A stretch of 43,299 nucleotides of DNA, taken from assembly GCA_045533895.1 (NCBI GenBank), contig JAZSIT010000147.1, positions 1 to 43,299 of the forward strand. The letters are read 5' to 3'. The stretch comes from Eubacteriales bacterium (GTDB lineage: Bacteria > Bacillota > Clostridia > Oscillospirales > CAG-382). The notes beneath the pieces were generated by a model, which saw only the letters and a program-made list of their open reading frames with translations, made no database searches and had not been told where the DNA came from. This document shows positions 38,662 to 43,299 of the stretch, in pieces. Position numbers and translations under genes: made by a program. The number at the start of each line of letters is the position of its first letter. The first letter of the stretch is position 1.

Positions 38662-40299
38662 ATGAGCTCATATTACACCAATAAACCGATTGAAAAAGCA
38701 CTTCCCGTTTATGGGGAAACGGTATCTGAAGAAAGAAAAAATCTGCTTTTGGGCGTACCCATACACGCTATTGAAGAAAAAAAGTTTTTTGCCGTTAAAG
38801 GCGAGCGTGTCCACATGAACTATGATACAGACTGCCTCTTGCTTACAGACGGTGAGTACAGTCCCAACAACGATTACCGCAACAAAGAGTGGTTTCATAT
38901 CCACGGCGGAGGCGGGCGTATAATCACCTTCAAGCTTCCCTATCTTTGCGCGGTAGACGGATTTTCATTTAACACCTGCCGTCACGACGAGGTGGGAGTA
39001 AGATCGCCCATATACGTAAAAATGCGTGTTTCCGCAGACGGAGAAAACTTTGAGACCGTTTACGAAAACAACGACACACGCTCTTCCCGCGATCTGCATA
39101 TCCATAAAATAACCGGAAAATTTAATAAGGTAAAAGCGCTGTACGTTCAATTGGCACTTGAGGTCACACACCACGTTTATATCGATGAATTGGAGATTTT
39201 CGGCTGTACCGACCTTAAAAACGCAAGAGAACCCGTAAACGACGGCAAGTGTGTTTTCAACGATTCCCCCTCCCCCGACGAAATAAACGAATATCCCCCC
39301 GAGGACATACTGGGTGCGAAGAACATCGTGCTTGCATACAACTACCGCCCCGTTGACGAAAATAAGGGACTGCTTACCTATGAAAATTTCCTGCCCATGA
39401 CGGCGTATCTTGACAAGGACGGAAACATTACCGACACTTTTATGGACGGATTTTTGTTTTTGCCCGATGTTTCCTTTGAGTTTTCCCCCTTTGGAAAGCG
39501 TTCTGAGGGCTGGCGCGACTATATGGACAGCATCTTTGCGCCGGACAAAAACTTAAACGCCCTTGAAAAAGCAGCTTATGATGTCGGAAACAAATTAAAT
39601 ATACCCGACTATAAGGTAAAGGTATTCTTCCCTATTCCTTACACCTACACGGGACCTGAAGAATTCGGTATGGTTAACGGAGAGAATCTGGTATTCGATA
39701 ACCCCGAAAGCCGCAAAAAAGCTATAAAATGGCTGATAGATTCACTTATCGAGCGGTATAACGGCGGCAATTACCCTCACACCGAGCTTGAAGGCTTCTA
39801 CTGGTTTGAGGAAGCGCTGAATGTTACAGATAAATACGAAAAAGAAATAGTGCGTTTTGCCTGCGATTACTTAAAGGAAAAAGGGCTTAAATGCTTCTGG
39901 ATACCCTACTTCTGCGCACTTGGTTACGAAGAATGGCAAAGCTACGGCTTTACCGCCGCGTGCATGCAACCCAATTATATGTTTGATTACTCCATTCACA
40001 AAGACAGACTGTACGAAACCGCAAAGCAGGCGCACCGTATGGGTATGTGTGTGGAATTGGAGGTATGGAAGATATACGAGGATGAAAAGGGTAATATAGA
40101 CGATGACAGCCGCGAAAATATAAGAAGATTTATTGAATATCTTGAAGCAGGCAAAGAAACCGGATATATGAAAACAGCCAAAATGTACTACCAAGGCAGT
40201 GCCCACGGATGTATTATTACAAGGGGCTGGAACAGCAAAAACGAATATTACAGAGAAATGTATGACAAGGCTTATCTTTTTGCAAAGAAAAAGCTGTGA
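38662..40299 (+). CDS. DUF4855-domain protein with N-terminal discoidin/F5-8-like beta-sandwich
   Basis: DTFMDGFLFLP, LEGFYWFEE, WIPYF, QPNY.F, G..VELE, YYQG motifs; N-domain LTDG..., VSADGENF, VYIDELEIFG. Confidence 0.8.
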   Translation: MSSYYTNKPIEKALPVYGETVSEERKNLLLGVPIHAIEEKKFFAVKGERVHMNYDTDCLLLTDGEYSPNNDYRNKEWFHIHGGGGRIITFKLPYLCAVDGFSFNTCRHDEVGVRSPIYVKMRVSADGENFETVYENNDTRSSRDLHIHKITGKFNKVKALYVQLALEVTHHVYIDELEIFGCTDLKNAREPVNDGKCVFNDSPSPDEINEYPPEDILGAKNIVLAYNYRPVDENKGLLTYENFLPMTAYLDKDGNITDTFMDGFLFLPDVSFEFSPFGKRSEGWRDYMDSIFAPDKNLNALEKAAYDVGNKLNIPDYKVKVFFPIPYTYTGPEEFGMVNGENLVFDNPESRKKAIKWLIDSLIERYNGGNYPHTELEGFYWFEEALNVTDKYEKEIVRFACDYLKEKGLKCFWIPYFCALGYEEWQSYGFTAACMQPNYMFDYSIHKDRLYETAKQAHRMGMCVELEVWKIYEDEKGNIDDDSRENIRRFIEYLEAGKETGYMKTAKMYYQGSAHGCIITRGWNSKNEYYREMYDKAYLFAKKKL

Positions 40300-40377
40300 A
40301 AAATTTTTTTCATTTTCTTGTAACCTTTTTGTGTTTTGAAAGGTATTACATATGAAACCATGAAAGGAGACCCCATT

Positions 40378-40884
40378 ATGAAAGGTAAAAGCAAGTGTAA
40401 AATATTAAAAGATATCCGCCGCAAGATAGCGCAGGATAACGATATTGAATTTATAACCACCGAATGCAAGCACAAGGGAGATTGTCTCGGCACCTGCCCC
40501 AAGTGCGAGGCAGAGGTGCGCTATCTTGAAGAACAGCTTAAAAAGCGCAAAGCTGCGGGAAAGCAGGTTGCCGTTGCTGGAATTGCCGCCGCCTTTGTAG
40601 TGGGAGGCACATCCTGCGATATACTTGAAACATTGATTCCCATACAGGGAGATATGGCTCCCCCGCCCGAGGAATCCGTACAGGAAATAGTAAACGGCGA
40701 AATGCCGTCTGAAAGCTCTGAATATGTGACTATGGGAATCTTGCTTCCGCCCGAGGAAAGCGACATTTCCGAGGAAGAAAGAGACGAAAATTCCGAGGAA
40801 TACGCAGAAATGGGAGAAGTGCCCGAAGAATCCTGGGTGGAACTTATGGGCGACGTGGCGGAAGACTTTTCCGATGGAAAGTAA
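40378..40884 (+). CDS. Cys-rich N-domain / hydrophobic segment / acidic Gly-motif repeat protein (168 aa)
   Basis: AAAGGAGA RBS before ATG 40378; C7,C30,C36,C40,C43; internal signal-like stretch ending GGTSC; five x-G-[DEI]-hydrophobic motifs. Confidence 0.85.
   Translation: MKGKSKCKILKDIRRKIAQDNDIEFITTECKHKGDCLGTCPKCEAEVRYLEEQLKKRKAAGKQVAVAGIAAAFVVGGTSCDILETLIPIQGDMAPPPEESVQEIVNGEMPSESSEYVTMGILLPPEESDISEEERDENSEEYAEMGEVPEESWVELMGDVAEDFSDGK
40636..40866 (+). repeat. Degenerate intragenic peptide repeats centred on Gly
   Basis: IQGDMAPPPEES, VNGEMPSESS, TMGILLPPEES, EMGEVPEES, LMGDVAED; DNA echoes CCGCCCGAGGAA twice and GCCCGAAGAATCC. Confidence 0.7.
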
Positions 40885-41509
40885 AGCGATGACAGCGCCT
40901 GTAATAACTTTTTCAAGACTGCGTATGCAAACCGATGGAAAAGGAGTAACTACCCTTGTGTGCTTTCACGGCTGTCCTCTGCGGTGCGCTTGGTGTATAA
41001 ACCCTTTTTCCTTCGCACCGGACACAAAGCGCACGGATATGACACCGAAAGAACTTTACGACAAGGTGAAGGTTGATAATTTATATTTTCTTGCCACGGG
41101 AGGCGGTGTGACATTCGGCGGTGGCGAGCCCCTTTTGTATGCCGATTTTATAAAAGAATTCCGCAGTATCTGCGGAAACAAATGGCATTTGTGCGCGGAG
41201 ACATCACTTAACGTACCTGCCGAGAACGTAAAGCTTGCTGCAGAATGTATTGATATGTTCTACGTTGACTGCAAGGACACAAACCACGAGATATATTCGC
41301 GCTACACCGGCAAGGACAACCGCAATATGCTTGAAAATCTGAAAATGCTGGTTGACCTTGTGGGCGCGGAGAGAATAACCGTCCGTCTGCCTCTGATTCC
41401 ACAATACAACACGGAAGAGGACAGACAAAAAAGCAGATATCTGCTTGCGAAAATGGGAATTACCCAGTTCGATGAATTTACATACAAAATTAAGAGCACT
41501 TCAAGTTGA
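40874..41509 (+). CDS. Radical SAM enzyme, glycyl-radical activating enzyme (PflA-like) family
   Basis: DGKGVTTLVCFHGCPLRCAWCINP, GGGVTFGGGEPLL, ETS, D.K, VRLPLIP.YN; overlaps upstream gene by 11 nt. Confidence 0.9.
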   Translation: MESKAMTAPVITFSRLRMQTDGKGVTTLVCFHGCPLRCAWCINPFSFAPDTKRTDMTPKELYDKVKVDNLYFLATGGGVTFGGGEPLLYADFIKEFRSICGNKWHLCAETSLNVPAENVKLAAECIDMFYVDCKDTNHEIYSRYTGKDNRNMLENLKMLVDLVGAERITVRLPLIPQYNTEEDRQKSRYLLAKMGITQFDEFTYKIKSTSS

Positions 41510-41523
41510 AGTGCTCTTTTTTA
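41492..41523. terminator. Terminator hairpin between convergent radical SAM and catalase genes
   Basis: AAGAGCACTTCA-AGT-TGAAGTGCTCTT-TTTT, overlapping the radical SAM stop codon. Confidence 0.85.
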
Positions 41524-41532
41524 TCGGGGTGA

Positions 41533-42198
41533 TTAACCGTTAAAAGACGGCTTTTCAGTTTCTCCGGTGGCAAAAGAATTGGGTCCGGGATTGGAGAGGG
41601 AGAAGTACATTTTTGCGGCTTTTGTAGTGCCGAAATCGCGGTTTGAGCCCGTTTCCTGCACCTTGTTGAAGGCATCGCGGAACATTTGGTTGTGCGCTTC
41701 CTCGCGGTTGAGCAGGAAGTCTATGGTCTCGCGCACCTTTTTATCGTCGATCTGGCGGTAGAGATATTCATACACAACCTTTGCGCGCTGTTCCGAGGCA
41801 ATATTGCTGAGTAAATCGGCGCACAAATCGCCTGTGACGGTTACGTAGTCGCCCGTCCATGAATAGCCCGAAGCATTTATAAGACCGGGGTTAAGACCTA
41901 AAAGCACGTGGGACTGAATCTCACCGCAGGGTACATTTGCGGCATCAACATCGTGTCCGTTTAATAGGTTGATAGTCTGTGCTACCATCTCCATATGACT
42001 AAGTTCCTCGGCGGCAATGTCAAGAAATAAATCTTTAATCTCAGGGTCTTTGATTCTAAAACTTTGGGACATATACTGCATAGCCGCCTTAAGCTCACCG
42101 TTACCGCCGCCAAGCTGTTCCTGTAAAAGTGCCGCATACTGCGGATTTGGTTTCTCCACCGCTACAGGATGAAATAGCATCTTTTCGTGTTTAAACAT
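41533..42198 (-). CDS. Manganese catalase family protein
   Basis: LQEQLGG.NGELKAAMQY, DIAAEELSHMEM, NIASEQRAKVVYE.L, FLLNREEAH. Confidence 0.94.
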   Translation of the reverse strand: MFKHEKMLFHPVAVEKPNPQYAALLQEQLGGGNGELKAAMQYMSQSFRIKDPEIKDLFLDIAAEELSHMEMVAQTINLLNGHDVDAANVPCGEIQSHVLLGLNPGLINASGYSWTGDYVTVTGDLCADLLSNIASEQRAKVVYEYLYRQIDDKKVRETIDFLLNREEAHNQMFRDAFNKVQETGSNRDFGTTKAAKMYFSLSNPGPNSFATGETEKPSFNG

Positions 42199-42255
42199 AA
42201 ATTTACCTCCGTTTACTTTCTATTTACTATTCTTACCAATTTGCAAACGGATATG

Positions 42256-42284
42256 TAGCAATTTTAATAATTATGTGGTATAAT
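42256..42284 (+). promoter_or_regulatory. Extended -10 sigmaA promoter
   Basis: TAGCAA-N17-TATAAT with TG extension. Confidence 0.55.
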
Positions 42285-42315
42285 TATTTTAATAAAAAAA
42301 ATAACGGAGGAAATT

Positions 42316-42645
42316 ATGATGGAATTTATAGTTCCTTTTATTGTTGGAGTTGTATTGATTGCTCTCGGCATTTCGAATATGCGGGGAAATATTTCATCAC
42401 TACATTCATATCATCGCCATAGAGTTTCCGAAGAAGATAGGATTCCGTTTGGAAAACAAGTGGGATTAGGTACTGTTATTATCGGTGTGGGTATAATAAT
42501 ATTCAGCATTTTGTCTGCTATAACTTTATATACCGAAAATAACATCTTTGTTTTAATTGGAACCGCAGTTTTAATTGTTGGTATTATTGTAGGGCTTGTT
42601 TTAAGCTTTAAGGCGATGATTAAATATAATAAAGGAATTTTCTGA
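42316..42645 (+). CDS. Small 3-TM membrane protein
   Basis: GGAGG RBS; GNISSLHSYH..RV.EED motif between TM helices, ends KYNKGIF. Confidence 0.85.
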   Translation: MMEFIVPFIVGVVLIALGISNMRGNISSLHSYHRHRVSEEDRIPFGKQVGLGTVIIGVGIIIFSILSAITLYTENNIFVLIGTAVLIVGIIVGLVLSFKAMIKYNKGIF

Positions 42646-42675
42646 TGAATTCAATTTATAGAGAGGTATACCTAT

Positions 42676-42831
42676 ATGAAAAAGAAGAAATTGTTATTTG
42701 CAATATTATGTGCTTTGGGTAGTGGAACAGTAGGATTCTTTGCAAACCAGTTAACCGAAGTATATGGTTGTGTATTATTTGGTATTGGTGTTGGCATTAT
42801 GGTCTATTCAATTATAAATTTAAGTAAGTGA
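42676..42831 (+). CDS. Small hydrophobic protein (51 aa, 2 TM), not in ORF track
   Basis: GAGAGGT RBS; MKKKKLLFAILCALGSGTVGFFANQLTEVYGCVLFGIGVGIMVYSIINLSK. Confidence 0.65.
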   Translation: MKKKKLLFAILCALGSGTVGFFANQLTEVYGCVLFGIGVGIMVYSIINLSK

Positions 42832-42881
42832 ATAATATATTGAACTGATAACAAAATTCAAATATTTTTGAGGGAAAATTT

Positions 42882-43299
42882 ATGAAAGACGAATGTTTAA
42901 TTTGCGGAGCACCGCTTACATATTTAGAAAACGAAACGCAAATGGAATGTGCCCTTTGTCATAAAAAAGAAAATAGCAAGACTGCTTGTGAAAAGGGACA
43001 TTATGTTTGTAACGATTGCCACACAAAAGGAATGGATAGCATTATTGGGCTTTGCCTTGTCGAAACTTCAAAGAACCCGATAGAAATTATCCAAAAACTA
43101 ATGGCTCAACCGTTTTGCCATATGCACGGGCCCGAGCATCATATTATGGTGGGTGCGGCACTACTGACTGCATATAAGAACGCAGGCGGTAATATTGATT
43201 TACCGAAAGCCTTGGTGGAAATGCAATCGCGAGGCAAACAAGTTCCCGGCGGAGCTTGCGGTTTTTGGGGCGCTTGCGGTGCAGGTATAAGTGCAGGTA
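42882..43299 (+). CDS. Cys/His-rich DUF5714-like protein (truncated by window end)
   Basis: MKDECLICGAPL...CALC...CEKGHYVCNDCH...MHGPEHH...PGGACGFWGACGAGIS; GAGGG RBS. Confidence 0.8.
   Translation, partial: MKDECLICGAPLTYLENETQMECALCHKKENSKTACEKGHYVCNDCHTKGMDSIIGLCLVETSKNPIEIIQKLMAQPFCHMHGPEHHIMVGAALLTAYKNAGGNIDLPKALVEMQSRGKQVPGGACGFWGACGAGISAG

Noticed and set aside
41492-41520. Inverted repeat containing AGCACT/AGTGCT, superficially CIRCE-like
   Set aside because: Arms and spacing do not match CIRCE; position and T-tract indicate a terminator

Overview
Chromosomal window from a spore-forming clostridial Firmicute (gene order resembles Oscillospiraceae/Ruminococcaceae; inference). Bases 1-34.6 kb are mostly a minus-strand core block. 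In transcription order it reads DUF1385-prmC, trmH-dprA-topA-plsX-rnc-radical SAM-smc-ftsY-rdgB, cdaA-cdaR-recJ-rel-dtd-hemZ-kinase-spoVB/yabM-mazG, HU-yabO-yabP-yabQ-divIC-S1, hpf, rlmL-like, groES-groEL, then sporulation genes (degenerate deacetylase, SASP). It ends in what looks like an rRNA operon promoter/boxA leader at the left edge. From 34.7 kb the genes are mostly on the plus strand: RNHCP-membrane protein-pepF, an antitoxin-less MazF/NdoA gene behind a near-perfect sigmaF-type promoter, and tRNA-Leu(GAG). An accessory region follows, with a DUF4855 protein, a Cys-rich/Gly-repeat protein coupled to a glycyl-radical-activase-like radical SAM enzyme, a Mn catalase, small AT-rich membrane genes and a truncated DUF5714 gene. 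The best candidates for an undescribed system are the Cys-rich/Gly-repeat protein plus activase pair (40378-41509) and the solitary MazF with a forespore-type promoter (37896-38343). All family calls come from motif recognition by eye; no searches were run.
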